From the IMG/VR virus record IMGVR_UViG_3300042261_001312, positions 1 through 64,000 of that record: 64,000 nt of DNA; one strand, 5' to 3'. Shown piece by piece: positions 38,165-47,706 of this stretch (position 1 is the stretch's first letter; each line of letters starts with the position of its first letter). Both the position numbers and the translations under genes were made by a program. The notes below the pieces were generated by a model. The model made no database searches. It had not been told where the DNA came from and saw nothing but the letters and a program-made list of their open reading frames with translations.

Positions 38165-38244
38165 CTGACAGGGTGGAATTTGAATCCACTTGCTTGCTAC
38201 TATAGTATATGTAAGCGTTTTAACAAATAATAAACTACCCATCA
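38165..38244 (-). ncRNA. tRNA-like RNA with expanded anticodon arm
   Basis: Acceptor TGATGGG/CCTGTCA, T arm GTGGA-TTCAAAT-TCCAC; GCTT...AAGC stem enclosing 17 nt. Confidence 0.55.
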
Positions 38245-38247
38245 ATT

Positions 38248-38323
38248 TGGTGGAACAGACTGGAATTGAACCAGTATCCACGGATTTTCAGTCCGCCGCA
38301 TAGACCAACTTTGCTACTGTTCC
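38248..38323 (-). tRNA. tRNA-Phe(GAA)
   Basis: GCGGA-CTGAAAA-TCCGT; CCA encoded. Confidence 0.9.
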
Positions 38324-38340
38324 ATAGTTTTAAAAAATAA

Positions 38341-38490
38341 GTTCTGGTGTGAGCCTCATACTCACGACCCCCGTAAACATTACAATCTACTAAATGTCTC
38401 GGAGAATTTTCATACATCATTAGTATTGCCAAGTACCCGTGTATGGGATTCCAACTGAACATTAGGGCAGCGTCCTATGCAGACCAGAAC
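38341..38490 (-). ncRNA. Unidentified 150-nt structured RNA candidate
   Basis: Terminal 8-bp stem GTTCTGGT/ACCAGAAC, internal hairpins, inside tRNA array. Confidence 0.5.
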
Positions 38491-38565
38491 TTCTACATCT
38501 AAAGATTCATGACTTCTTTTCGATGCATAAATCAATGTGATGTAATCCAATGCACATCGATTTTG

Positions 38566-38651
38566 CGGAGGAAGTAGGATTCGGACCCACGCACCTTTTA
38601 CAGCCTAGTTGTTTTCAAGACAACCCTCTTAAACCACTTGAGTATTCCTCC
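38566..38651 (-). tRNA. tRNA-Ser(TGA)
   Basis: GTTGT-CTTGAAA-ACAAC; long variable arm. Confidence 0.9.
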
Positions 38652-38658
38652 ATTTTTG

Positions 38659-38732
38659 TTGTCTTGCTGAGACTTGAACTCAGGACTTCTTCCTTATCAG
38701 GGAAGTGCTCTAACCAACTGAACTACAAGACA
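38659..38732 (-). tRNA. tRNA-Ile(GAT)
   Basis: CTTCC-CTGATAA-GGAAG. Confidence 0.9.
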
Positions 38733-38737
38733 ATATG

Positions 38738-38808
38738 AGTCGGGTACTGGAATCGAACCAGTGATATTGGTTTTGCAGACCACCGCCTTACCGCTTGGCT
38801 AACCCGAC
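38738..38808 (-). tRNA. tRNA-Cys(GCA)
   Basis: GTGGT-CTGCAAA-ACCAA; U73. Confidence 0.88.
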
Positions 38809-38837
38809 AATTATAATTTTCCAGTATGTCAATGAAC

Positions 38838-38872
38838 AAAAAAACCCGAAACTTTTTTGGTTTCGGGTTTTG
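38838..38872 (-). terminator. Attenuator terminator A
   Basis: AAAACCCGAAAC-caaaaaa-GTTTCGGGTTTT plus U-run. Confidence 0.85.
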
Positions 38873-38894
38873 TTTTTTTAAGCAACTTCACAGT

Positions 38895-39014
38895 TTAACT
38901 TTTATGAAAACCAAAACCCGTACCTTTAATATTTCTGCCAAAACAGAATATACCATTTCCATTGCGACTTGATGTCGTGAATGTCGATGTTGATATGGTA
39001 CTAATTGCTTTCAT
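38895..39014 (-). CDS. Leader peptide A: MKAISTISTSTFTTSSRNGNGIFCFGRNIKGTGFGFHKS
   Basis: 120-nt frame; 33 of 39 residues are I/S/T/F/R/N/G/C, the amino acids of the downstream tRNAs. Confidence 0.85.
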   Translation of the reverse strand: MKAISTISTSTFTTSSRNGNGIFCFGRNIKGTGFGFHKS

Positions 39015-39045
39015 AATTCTAATATTTTATTCGTTTTTATCTAAA

Positions 39046-39072
39046 TACGTTGCAAAGATATAAAATGTTACA
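39046..39072 (-). promoter_or_regulatory. Composite promoter of tRNA cluster A
   Basis: TGTAAC-N17-CGTA with nested TATCTTTG and overlapping GTATTTA. Confidence 0.8.
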
Positions 39073-39123
39073 ATATCTGCAAACTATTTTTAACTTTTTT
39101 TAAAAAATATTTTTAATTATTTC

Positions 39124-39435
39124 TTAATCATTTGATTTTGAGGCAGTTTCTTTTGATTTTGATTTTAAACTAAATGTGACAGCATCGATAGTTGTTGAGT
39201 ATCTTTCATAAGAAATCATTTCAAATCTAATTTTGGTAATATCTGAACTATTTTTTAATTTAAAATGACCGTCAAAATCAGTATATGTAGTATCTTTATC
39301 AGTAATGACACTTACACCACATAATGTTTCATGCGTTTGTTTGTCGTAAACAGTACCAGATATTACTGGTTGGGTCATATTACTTGTAAATGTGACCATG
39401 AGTGGAAATAAAAGAGGGAGTAATGTCTTTGGCAT
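39124..39435 (-). CDS. Stand-alone CarboxypepD_reg-like (SusC N-terminal-type) domain with signal peptide
   Basis: ISGTVYDKQTHETLCGVSV...TYTDFDGHFKL. Confidence 0.7.
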   Translation of the reverse strand: MPKTLLPLLFPLMVTFTSNMTQPVISGTVYDKQTHETLCGVSVITDKDTTYTDFDGHFKLKNSSDITKIRFEMISYERYSTTIDAVTFSLKSKSKETASKSND

Positions 39436-39566
39436 AATTTTCTGTTTACAAATAATTACCCATTCAATTTCAAATATTGGTTACAAAATGATTACTTTAT
39501 AGTTACATTAATATAACAAAAAATCCCGAATAAAATTCGGGATTTAATTATTCAACATTCAGTCTT

Positions 39567-41810
39567 TTAGATTTTCACTTCTTTTTCAGATTGATCAAAA
39601 GTGAACTCTAAATCCTGATCATCCAGTTTAATATTCAACTTATTTTCGTCAAAAGATTTAAATTCTGTAAACCATTTTTTGGAAAGAATAAGAGCAAACT
39701 TGATTTGTGCAATTTCTTGCATAACTCTGCGTTTGTTTTTATTCAAAATGTCAGATTTGGTAATCAAGTATGTTTTTAACACACCTTCTTTTTGCTCATC
39801 TGACAGTGAGGTAAACATATCAGACTGTGTTTGTGCAATATATTTATTAATTGCATCAGACATAATCCATTCATTTAATTTTAATGGTTTACCATCTTTA
39901 ATTTTGGCAACAACATCTTCTACTTTTGGTAGTGAAGACAATCCCTTGACCTTGGTTGCCAAATTAACTGACATGTAGAAGTCTGTTGATTCTTCTTCTG
40001 TTACTTTTGGTACGAATCCATTGAAATCGGTGATACCAATTTCTTTAAGCCAATCTGCACATTCCTGACCCAACATTTCAACAAATGATTTGCTTGTTTT
40101 TGGGAATAAAGATTTTCTGTAATAATCATAAACCTTTTTATCGGCTTGTAATTTCAAAAGTTCCCATTCTTGTTTTGCAAGTCCATTTGCAGATACTGCT
40201 TTCACCATACCTTTATTAACAATAGGAAGTGAAGTAAGATCAATAACAACAGTATTGTCGAAGTTATCTTTCATGCTATAAACTTTATACTTCACGCCAT
40301 TTGCATTCAATATTGAAAGCAACTCAGGTGAATTACTTACTGGAAGTTTATCAACATTAACAATACCATCTTTTACGAGCGTAAAGGTATTGTATTTAAA
40401 AGAAGCAACTTTGTCGATATTATATTTATTTTTAGGTAGAATTGCTTCACCTTCAATATAGATACGAATACTGAGATTTGCACGTTCTTCATTCCAAACC
40501 AAATCAGTCAAAGGATAACCTCTATCTGGATTGGAGTTAACAAATTTAACTTCGACATTTTTCTCTTTGAGTTCTTCGAGAATTTTGTTTGCTTCTTCAA
40601 CATTCTTTGCTTCAGATAGCCTTTGTTTATCTGCATCAGATAAATTACCACCTTTTGCAACACGTTTTCTACCAATCCTGTTGTAAGTAAAATCAGGATG
40701 GTTTGAGTAGAATAGACAATTTTCAATATTGCCCAAATCATTAATAAGATTCATAAAGCAATATGCGTTATCGTCTACTTTTTGGATTTTTGCAACTCCT
40801 TCAGGAAACCTTTTGGACACGTCTGCGACACATTCTTTGATTGCGGTTTTAAACGCATTCAATTTCTGTTTTCCAAATGCATTGGCTAACATTTTGTAGT
40901 AATGATTGTCGCCAAGTGCGTAGAAAACTTTCTCCGCATCGTCATTCATAAGTTTATCTGCGAGAACATAAATTCCAGCATACATTGCTGTGTGAGGAAG
41001 ACTTTCCACACCAACTTTTTGCGGTGCAAAGAAATAGACTTCTTTAACATCTGAACTAACCATGATTTTGTTGTCAACAATATTGTATAACAATACACTT
41101 CCATTGTTTACACTAAATGCAAAATCATACAGATATTTGTCAGCAATTTCAACAACCGTTTTTTTGCCACCCATAATTTCCGAAGAAATTTTGCTGTCAA
41201 ATACGGGTTCAAAATCATCAAAGCCATCACAACTGATTTTTTCACCACCAAGTACGGATGCCATTTGAGTTAGTTTTTGTGTATCTGCATAATAGCCATA
41301 TTCAACAAATGTTGAGGATACGATGTCATTTTCAAGGTTTTTTAACGCCTTAATAACTTCATTCCAAGGACAGTCGTTGTTATAACCATCAGTAAGGAAT
41401 ACCATTGAGAATACACTGTCAGGTCTGTTTTTCTTGATTCTTTCAACCAACTCTTTTACAAGTTCCAACGGTTTCAAAAACGCCGTTAAACCGACAGTTT
41501 GAAGCCATTTGTCAATAGCGTTGTTCAAATCACTAAGTGTTTTAAGTGATTTTACTTCAACCTCTTCTTTCAAGATTCCAGCATCATGTCTTCCAGAAAA
41601 CCAAACAATTGAAATGGTATCACCATCCCTCATAATGTTGGACAATTTGTTTTTCAATTGGGTTCTGATTAATGGTAACTCGCTATACATCGAGCCAGAT
41701 ACGTCAACCACGAAGATGTGGTTTGTTTTCTTTGCAACTTCTACAGTTACATCACTATTGACCTCTTGTGTAGCAAGGTAATAGTTTTCGTCAAGTTTTA
41801 CATGTTTCAT
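39567..41810 (-). CDS. Large vWA-domain protein
   Basis: VVDVSGSM MIDAS motif, FLTDG. Confidence 0.8.
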   Translation of the reverse strand: MKHVKLDENYYLATQEVNSDVTVEVAKKTNHIFVVDVSGSMYSELPLIRTQLKNKLSNIMRDGDTISIVWFSGRHDAGILKEEVEVKSLKTLSDLNNAIDKWLQTVGLTAFLKPLELVKELVERIKKNRPDSVFSMVFLTDGYNNDCPWNEVIKALKNLENDIVSSTFVEYGYYADTQKLTQMASVLGGEKISCDGFDDFEPVFDSKISSEIMGGKKTVVEIADKYLYDFAFSVNNGSVLLYNIVDNKIMVSSDVKEVYFFAPQKVGVESLPHTAMYAGIYVLADKLMNDDAEKVFYALGDNHYYKMLANAFGKQKLNAFKTAIKECVADVSKRFPEGVAKIQKVDDNAYCFMNLINDLGNIENCLFYSNHPDFTYNRIGRKRVAKGGNLSDADKQRLSEAKNVEEANKILEELKEKNVEVKFVNSNPDRGYPLTDLVWNEERANLSIRIYIEGEAILPKNKYNIDKVASFKYNTFTLVKDGIVNVDKLPVSNSPELLSILNANGVKYKVYSMKDNFDNTVVIDLTSLPIVNKGMVKAVSANGLAKQEWELLKLQADKKVYDYYRKSLFPKTSKSFVEMLGQECADWLKEIGITDFNGFVPKVTEEESTDFYMSVNLATKVKGLSSLPKVEDVVAKIKDGKPLKLNEWIMSDAINKYIAQTQSDMFTSLSDEQKEGVLKTYLITKSDILNKNKRRVMQEIAQIKFALILSKKWFTEFKSFDENKLNIKLDDQDLEFTFDQSEKEVKI

Positions 41811-41928
41811 TTTTACAATTTTTAAAATTACAGTTATTAATATTTCAATTATCAATTGCAATTGAAGTGTTCAAAATACAAAAGATTTCTAACACTTCAA
41901 AGCATTTTTTATTTATTTTCATTCTAAA

Positions 41929-44493
41929 TTAGCCACATTTTGAATTTCCACATGCCATACAGGTTAAGCATCCTTCTTTATATTCAAGATGGTCTGAACT
42001 GCCACAATTCTGGCACTTACCTTTGCCCTTTTCGCCATCCTTGATGTATCTTTTGATGACACGAGCGACACCATTCTTCCAAGTATTAATATAATCTTCT
42101 TTGAAGTTCAATGAAGCAACCAATTCATATTGATATATCACTGGCATACCATGTCTCATAATACCCGAAATTAATTTAGCATAGTTCCAAAATTCAGGAT
42201 TGAATGCATGATTAAGTCCAGTATGTACTTGCTTATTACCATCGATGTCAATATATTCGATATCATATCTCTTAATTCTTTCAACATTACCTTCAGCATC
42301 GACTTTTTCAATGATGTTTTTAACAACTTCACATTCTTTTACATGTGGCGGTAATTTGCTTAAACCATTTTCAAATTTACCAGTAAAGATTTCGTATGGT
42401 CTTCCATCTTTCAAACCAACAACTGCAATCCATTTTTCCAATGCATTTTGGAAACGATGAATTTCTGCTTTCAATCTTTTTGGACGTTTTGGCGCATGAT
42501 TTTCGTGCAATTTGGCATCTTTTTCTTTATTTTCTTCAACACCAACAAGTACACCGCTACGTGAACCATCACGATATACGGTAATACCTTTACAACCTGA
42601 ACGCCATCCAGTTTCATATACTTTGGCAACAATCTCTTCAGTTGTTTCTTTTGGAAGATTAACTGTAACTGAGATTGAATGGTCAATGTGTTTTTGTATG
42701 CGACCTTGCATTTCAACTTTTTTCACCCAATCGACATCATTTGATGTTGCTTTATAATATGGTGATTTCTTAATGATTTCATCGAGTTGTTCTTTGTTCA
42801 TGCTTTTAACAACTTTGATGTCATAACCATTAATTTCTAACCACATTTCAAATTTGTGGTGAAATACTGGATATTCCATCCAAGCAATGCCTTCCTCATC
42901 AACAAAATCAATACGGACATCTTTTTCCTGTGGATTGATTTTTCTTCTTCTCATATATAATGGTAAGAAAACTGGCTCAATACCTGATGTTGTTTGTGTC
43001 ATAAGACTTGCTGTACCAGTTGGAGCAAGTGTCAACAAAGCAATATTCCTACGACCATATGTAACCATTTCGGCATATAATTGAGGGTCTTCATTTAAAA
43101 TCCTAGTAATGAATGGATTATTCAATTCTCTTTCTGCATTCCAAATTGGAAATGCTCCACGTTCTTTAGCCATGATAACTGATGAACGATATGCACTTAA
43201 TTTCAACGTTTTATGAATTTCTTCACTAACTGCAGTTGCTTCATCAGTTCCATAACGATAACCTAAAGCAGCAAGCATATCACCTTCAGCAGTTACACCA
43301 AGACCAGTTCTACGACCATTGATTGTCATTTGCTTAATCTTTTCCCACAAATTGATTTCATATAACTTAATGAATTCATCTTCAGGGTCTGCCTTTATTT
43401 TGGCAATAATTGAATCAATCTTTTCAATTTCCAAATCAATGAGGTCGTCCATATATCTTTGGGCAATAATTACATCATGAATAAATAATTCCCAATCAAA
43501 ATACGCATGTTGAGTAAATGGATTGATAATATATCCAAATAAATTGATTGCGATTAATCTACAACTATCATTCGGACATAAAGGAATTTCACCACATGGA
43601 TTTGTTGATACTGTTTTAAAACCTAAATCTGCGTAACAGTCAGGAACGCTTTCACGTATGATGGTATCCCAGAATAAGATACCCGGTTCGGCTGATTTCC
43701 ATGCATTAAAAATGATTTTTTTCCAGATTTTTTGTGCATCTACTTCCTTAACATATTTGGGATTTGAACCTTCGATTGGATATTGTTGTGTGAATGATTC
43801 ACCGTTTAGTGCGGCGTTCATGAATTCATCAGTCAATTTTACTGAAATATTTGCACCTGTAACTTTTCCCTGCTCTAATTTAGCATCAATGAATCTTTCT
43901 GAATCTGGATGTTTAATTGATGTACTAAGCATTAATGCACCTCTTCTACCATCTTGTGCAACTTCTTTGGTACTATTGGAATATCTTTCCATAAATGGAA
44001 CAACTCCTGTTGATGTGATTGCGGAGTTTTTAACAGGACTTCCTGTTGGTCGGATGAATGATAAATCTAATCCAACACCACCACGTCTTTTTTGCAACTG
44101 AACCATTTCTTGGTCAAGTTTCATAATTCCGCCGTAACTGTCGCTGTCTTTCTCATTTCCAATAACAAAGCAATTAGATAAAGAAACCACTTGGAAATCA
44201 TTACCAATGCCTGACATTGGAGACCCTTGTGGTACAATTCTTTTGAAATTTTTGAATGTTTCGTAAATTTCGTCTTCAGTAAGTGGATTTGGATATTTTG
44301 CTTCTATTCTTGCGAATTCTTTTGCCATCCTTCGATGCATGTCGTCTGGAGTTAGTTCGTAATATTCTTTATCATCCTTTAAACAGTACTTATTCGCCCA
44401 GACATTTGCGGCAAGTTCATCGCCATTAAAATACTGTGAGGTAGCCTTTTCGACCTCTTGTTTTGTATAAGTTTTGATTTTTTTTTCTGTCAT
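41929..44493 (-). CDS. nrdJ: Class II (adenosylcobalamin-dependent) ribonucleotide reductase
   Basis: SLSNC, TNPCGEIPL, APTGT, GIEPVF, GCKGITVYR; C-terminal TSCPD/Zn ribbon; no nrdB seen. Confidence 0.92.
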   Translation of the reverse strand: MTEKKIKTYTKQEVEKATSQYFNGDELAANVWANKYCLKDDKEYYELTPDDMHRRMAKEFARIEAKYPNPLTEDEIYETFKNFKRIVPQGSPMSGIGNDFQVVSLSNCFVIGNEKDSDSYGGIMKLDQEMVQLQKRRGGVGLDLSFIRPTGSPVKNSAITSTGVVPFMERYSNSTKEVAQDGRRGALMLSTSIKHPDSERFIDAKLEQGKVTGANISVKLTDEFMNAALNGESFTQQYPIEGSNPKYVKEVDAQKIWKKIIFNAWKSAEPGILFWDTIIRESVPDCYADLGFKTVSTNPCGEIPLCPNDSCRLIAINLFGYIINPFTQHAYFDWELFIHDVIIAQRYMDDLIDLEIEKIDSIIAKIKADPEDEFIKLYEINLWEKIKQMTINGRRTGLGVTAEGDMLAALGYRYGTDEATAVSEEIHKTLKLSAYRSSVIMAKERGAFPIWNAERELNNPFITRILNEDPQLYAEMVTYGRRNIALLTLAPTGTASLMTQTTSGIEPVFLPLYMRRRKINPQEKDVRIDFVDEEGIAWMEYPVFHHKFEMWLEINGYDIKVVKSMNKEQLDEIIKKSPYYKATSNDVDWVKKVEMQGRIQKHIDHSISVTVNLPKETTEEIVAKVYETGWRSGCKGITVYRDGSRSGVLVGVEENKEKDAKLHENHAPKRPKRLKAEIHRFQNALEKWIAVVGLKDGRPYEIFTGKFENGLSKLPPHVKECEVVKNIIEKVDAEGNVERIKRYDIEYIDIDGNKQVHTGLNHAFNPEFWNYAKLISGIMRHGMPVIYQYELVASLNFKEDYINTWKNGVARVIKRYIKDGEKGKGKCQNCGSSDHLEYKEGCLTCMACGNSKCG

Positions 44494-44684
44494 TTTAAAA
44501 TTATTTTTATTAAAATTATTTTTACAAATATATTTACAAGTTCCTATAAATACAAGGGTTTAGTGAAATATTGCAAAAAATTTTTAAATATTTTTTAATT
44601 GATTATCCCATAAACATTTACAAAAAAAGGGTGCAAAATGCACCCTCTAAAAAAAACGGAAATATATACAAAACAAAAAATTAT

Positions 44685-45476
44685 TTACTTGTGTTTGCTT
44701 AAATTGCTGCTGTTAGTGACAGATGTACTTGAGCCACTACTATCAGTAGATGCAATACCAGAACTTGAAATAGTACCTGCGCTATAATCATCATCAATAA
44801 GATTTTTTGATTTCTTTTTGAAGTCAGCATCATTGCTACTCATACTTCTGTAAGAAAAGGAAGCATTGTTTAATGTCATTGACATATTTGCGACACCAAC
44901 TGAATTTGCGGTATAAGTATATGTGTTGCTTGTGCTAATACCAAATCCAGACCCGACAGTCATTGCATCTTGATTTGCTGCCAAGTAGATGAAGTTCCAA
45001 TCTTCTTCTTCACATTGCTTAATTAATTTTTTAATATTGTCCTTGTTGTATTCTTTACTTGCATTTTCAAGACCGTCAGTTACAATGCAAACCAATACTT
45101 TGGCTGGTTTTTCGTCGCCAAGTTTGACAAAATTTGCTTTTTCATTGCTAATTGTCTTTCCAATTGCGTCATACAATGCAGTCATTCCCCTTGGCATCCA
45201 AGTTTTTTCTGTAAGTTCCTCTGCTTTCTTAATATCTACATTATCATAAAGCAAATCATATTTATCATCGAATAACGCAACTGTGATTGTTGCTTCATCT
45301 GGAAGTTTCTTCTGTTCTTTCAAAAATGTATTAAATCCACCAATGGAATCGCCAATAATGCTTGACATTGAACCACTGCGGTCTAGAATACATATAATGT
45401 GAGTTTTTTCATTTGTTGAAATGAATTCTTCTGTAACTGTTGTGGTCGTTGTCACCTTCTTTATTTTTTTAGCCAT
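44685..45476 (-). CDS. vWA-domain protein
   Basis: ILDRSGSM, TALYDAIG, IVTDGLENAS. Confidence 0.85.
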   Translation of the reverse strand: MAKKIKKVTTTTTVTEEFISTNEKTHIICILDRSGSMSSIIGDSIGGFNTFLKEQKKLPDEATITVALFDDKYDLLYDNVDIKKAEELTEKTWMPRGMTALYDAIGKTISNEKANFVKLGDEKPAKVLVCIVTDGLENASKEYNKDNIKKLIKQCEEEDWNFIYLAANQDAMTVGSGFGISTSNTYTYTANSVGVANMSMTLNNASFSYRSMSSNDADFKKKSKNLIDDDYSAGTISSSGIASTDSSGSSTSVTNSSNLSKHK

Positions 45477-45579
45477 TTGTTATAAAATATTTAAGCATAA
45501 AATAATTTTGTAACAAATATACAACATTTAAATCAAAAATGCAAGGATTATTTTTATTTAGACTAAATTAATTTAATGT

Positions 45580-46239
45580 TCAATTTTTATTTAAAATTTC
45601 AACTACTTTAGTTATGCAATTTATGACATTTTCTTTAACTTCTTTGGCAGTAAATCGAACAACAATCCATCCATTATCAATACTGAATTTATCTCTACGC
45701 TCGTCAATTTTTATTACCCGTTCTTGCTTATGTGTTCCACCATCGATTTCAATATCAATTTTATGTTCTGGAAATGCAAAATCATATGAATAAATGCCGT
45801 TTCGATAATTATACATCCATCCAGTAATATTGGCAGAAATCAAGGCGTTTTCAAATATTTTTTCAGGATAACTCATTTTACTTGAGTGGTTAATGACATA
45901 AGGGACTCTATCTGGATGTTCATTTAAATATTTTAACATTCCATCACTTATTCTCTTTTTGTCTTCATCAGACCATTTAAAATTTTTATTTTGATTAGAC
46001 TTGGTGACTTTTTCTAAATTATTGTTGTAATTTGGGTTTTGTTTGCAATGGGGTATATGTCCACCTAATTTAAAAGCATTGTCAAATTCAATACCACAAT
46101 GTTGACACGTAGTTTTTGGTAATTTATTTTTTCTTGAACTTGATTTTAAAGGTCTAATGTAATTTGAATGTATACGGCAATGTGCAATATATGATTGACG
46201 TTTTTCAAATTCTTTATTACATTTATCGCAATTGTACAT
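45580..46239 (-). mobile_element. Putative homing endonuclease (C2H2 fingers plus DUF559/Vsr-like domain)
   Basis: SYPEK, YSYDFA, IDIEIDGGTH, D..RD. Confidence 0.75.
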
Positions 46240-46331
46240 ATTTATTTGATTTTATCATAAATACGTGGCAAAATAAAAAAGCATCGCACTCATTCAATTT
46301 TTTTGGAATAGGTGTGATGCTTAACATTTTG

Positions 46332-46404
46332 TGTACCCGGGCAGATTCGAACTGCCAGTCTCGCATATTAAAAGTATGGGGTTTTACCATTAAACTACGG
46401 GTAC
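46332..46404 (-). tRNA. tRNA-Lys(TTT)
   Basis: CCATA-CTTTTAA-TATGC. Confidence 0.88.
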
Positions 46405-46435
46405 ATCAATAAATATCACCATTTTTTGGTAACAG

Positions 46436-46520
46436 TGAGAGTAGAGGGATTCGAACCCCCTGAGTATCAAAGTCTTGGTTTTACAGACCAGTGCCACTCC
46501 GCCATCGTGACCGTACTCTC
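46436..46520 (-). tRNA. tRNA-Tyr(GTA)
   Basis: CTGGT-CTGTAAA-ACCAA; long variable arm. Confidence 0.88.
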
Positions 46521-46530
46521 AAATAAATTG

Positions 46531-46604
46531 TGCATCCAGAGGGATTCGAACCCTCGACTCTCGCATTAAAGGTGCGATACTCTAGCCAACTGAGTTACGG
46601 ATGC
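46531..46604 (-). tRNA. tRNA-Lys(TTT) with C33
   Basis: TCGCA-CCTTTAA-TGCGA. Confidence 0.82.
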
Positions 46605-46612
46605 ATACAAAA

Positions 46613-46644
46613 TAAAAAAACCCGAATCTTTCGAATCGGGTTTT
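46613..46644 (-). terminator. Attenuator terminator B
   Basis: AAAACCCGATTC-GAAA-GATTCGGG plus U-run. Confidence 0.85.
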
Positions 46645-46672
46645 ATATTGCTTAGTTAGTTATGTATTTTGT

Positions 46673-46762
46673 TTACATACTATTTTGGCAAACCAATCCC
46701 GATTCCATAAGATGTTTCTTATAAGATTTATAACCGTAATATGATTTACCAAATGTTTTCAT
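46673..46762 (-). CDS. Leader peptide B: MKTFGKSYYGYKSYKKHLMESGLVCQNSM
   Basis: 8 of codons 6-16 are Lys/Tyr; downstream tRNAs are Lys, Tyr, Lys. Confidence 0.85.
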   Translation of the reverse strand: MKTFGKSYYGYKSYKKHLMESGLVCQNSM

Positions 46763-46784
46763 CGCTTTAATTATTAAATTTTTA

Positions 46785-46827
46785 CAAAGATACACATAAA
46801 TACGTAACTTCCAAATAAAAAGTTACA
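46785..46827 (-). promoter_or_regulatory. Composite promoter of tRNA cluster B
   Basis: TGTAAC-N17-CGTA (46801-46827), GTATTTAT and TATCTTTG (46785-46792). Confidence 0.8.
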
Positions 46828-46843
46828 AAAATTGAAATTATTT

Positions 46844-47632
46844 TTATTCAACCAATCTTATTGTCCAGAAGTCAGATGCTAAGTTGTTGGTAATGTAGCC
46901 ATAAGGTAAATAAAAATATCCATTTAATCCCCACTTAGTTCCCCAACTATTTCTAATAATAAACGATTCTTTTGAATCATCGTATCCGACAGCCATGATT
47001 GCATGACCGCCTTGAGGTCGTTCATTATTCCTTGGCATTTCAGCAATACCTGTGCGTGCAACTTTTGGTGACATGAATGATTCGTATATCATAAATCCAA
47101 ATACAACGGGATATCCTTCTGCAAGACATTGCTTAACATCACGTACCGTTTTATTAACACTATAATATGACAATACTTGGTTATTTAATGCAGCGTCATA
47201 ACATTCTTGTGGTGGTTTCTGACTAAATTTGCTTGGTATGTATTCCCACATCGTTTCTGGACAAACTCCATCTTTAACCAATGTTTTCATACCGTCCCTA
47301 ATTATTGCACCAGCATCTTCATAAATTGTTCCTTCCATTGCCCTTTCATTATAATAAACAAAAAGTCTTGATGGAATGAAGTTTTCCTTACCTTGTTTCA
47401 TTTCCTCAAACTGATAAGCAGCATTTAATGCATTCGCTGTACAACTACCAAGTTCACCTTGATCGTATACTGGTGGACATTTTGGACGTAAATCAATTAA
47501 TGGTGGTAAGTCAATAGGTGCACTAACCTTATACTTGTAATCTCTGTCGTCAATAGGGTCAGGTTTCCATCCTAATTTTCTTGGTATTGGCTTTTTCTTA
47601 AAAAGACCTAAAATAAATTTAAATAGTTTCAT
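46844..47632 (-). CDS. C1-family (papain-like) cysteine peptidase
   Basis: DQGELGSCTAN, GGHAI, IRNSWG..WG..GY. Confidence 0.92.
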   Translation of the reverse strand: MKLFKFILGLFKKKPIPRKLGWKPDPIDDRDYKYKVSAPIDLPPLIDLRPKCPPVYDQGELGSCTANALNAAYQFEEMKQGKENFIPSRLFVYYNERAMEGTIYEDAGAIIRDGMKTLVKDGVCPETMWEYIPSKFSQKPPQECYDAALNNQVLSYYSVNKTVRDVKQCLAEGYPVVFGFMIYESFMSPKVARTGIAEMPRNNERPQGGHAIMAVGYDDSKESFIIRNSWGTKWGLNGYFYLPYGYITNNLASDFWTIRLVE

Positions 47633-47706
47633 AATATTTCGTTTTATCATAAATACTGTGAAACCACTCAAATCAAAAAAAATGGCTGTAAAATACAGCC
47701 ATTTAA

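Noticed and set aside
38341-38490. Hammerhead ribozyme (CTAATGA...GAAA)
   Set aside because: The core deviates from CUGANGA and no stem II can form.
35149-38738. ORFs overlapping tRNA genes (35149, 36997, 37977, 38042, 38550; likewise 34359, 57828, and the N-terminal extension of 63059-63907)
   Set aside because: Explained by the tRNA sequences.
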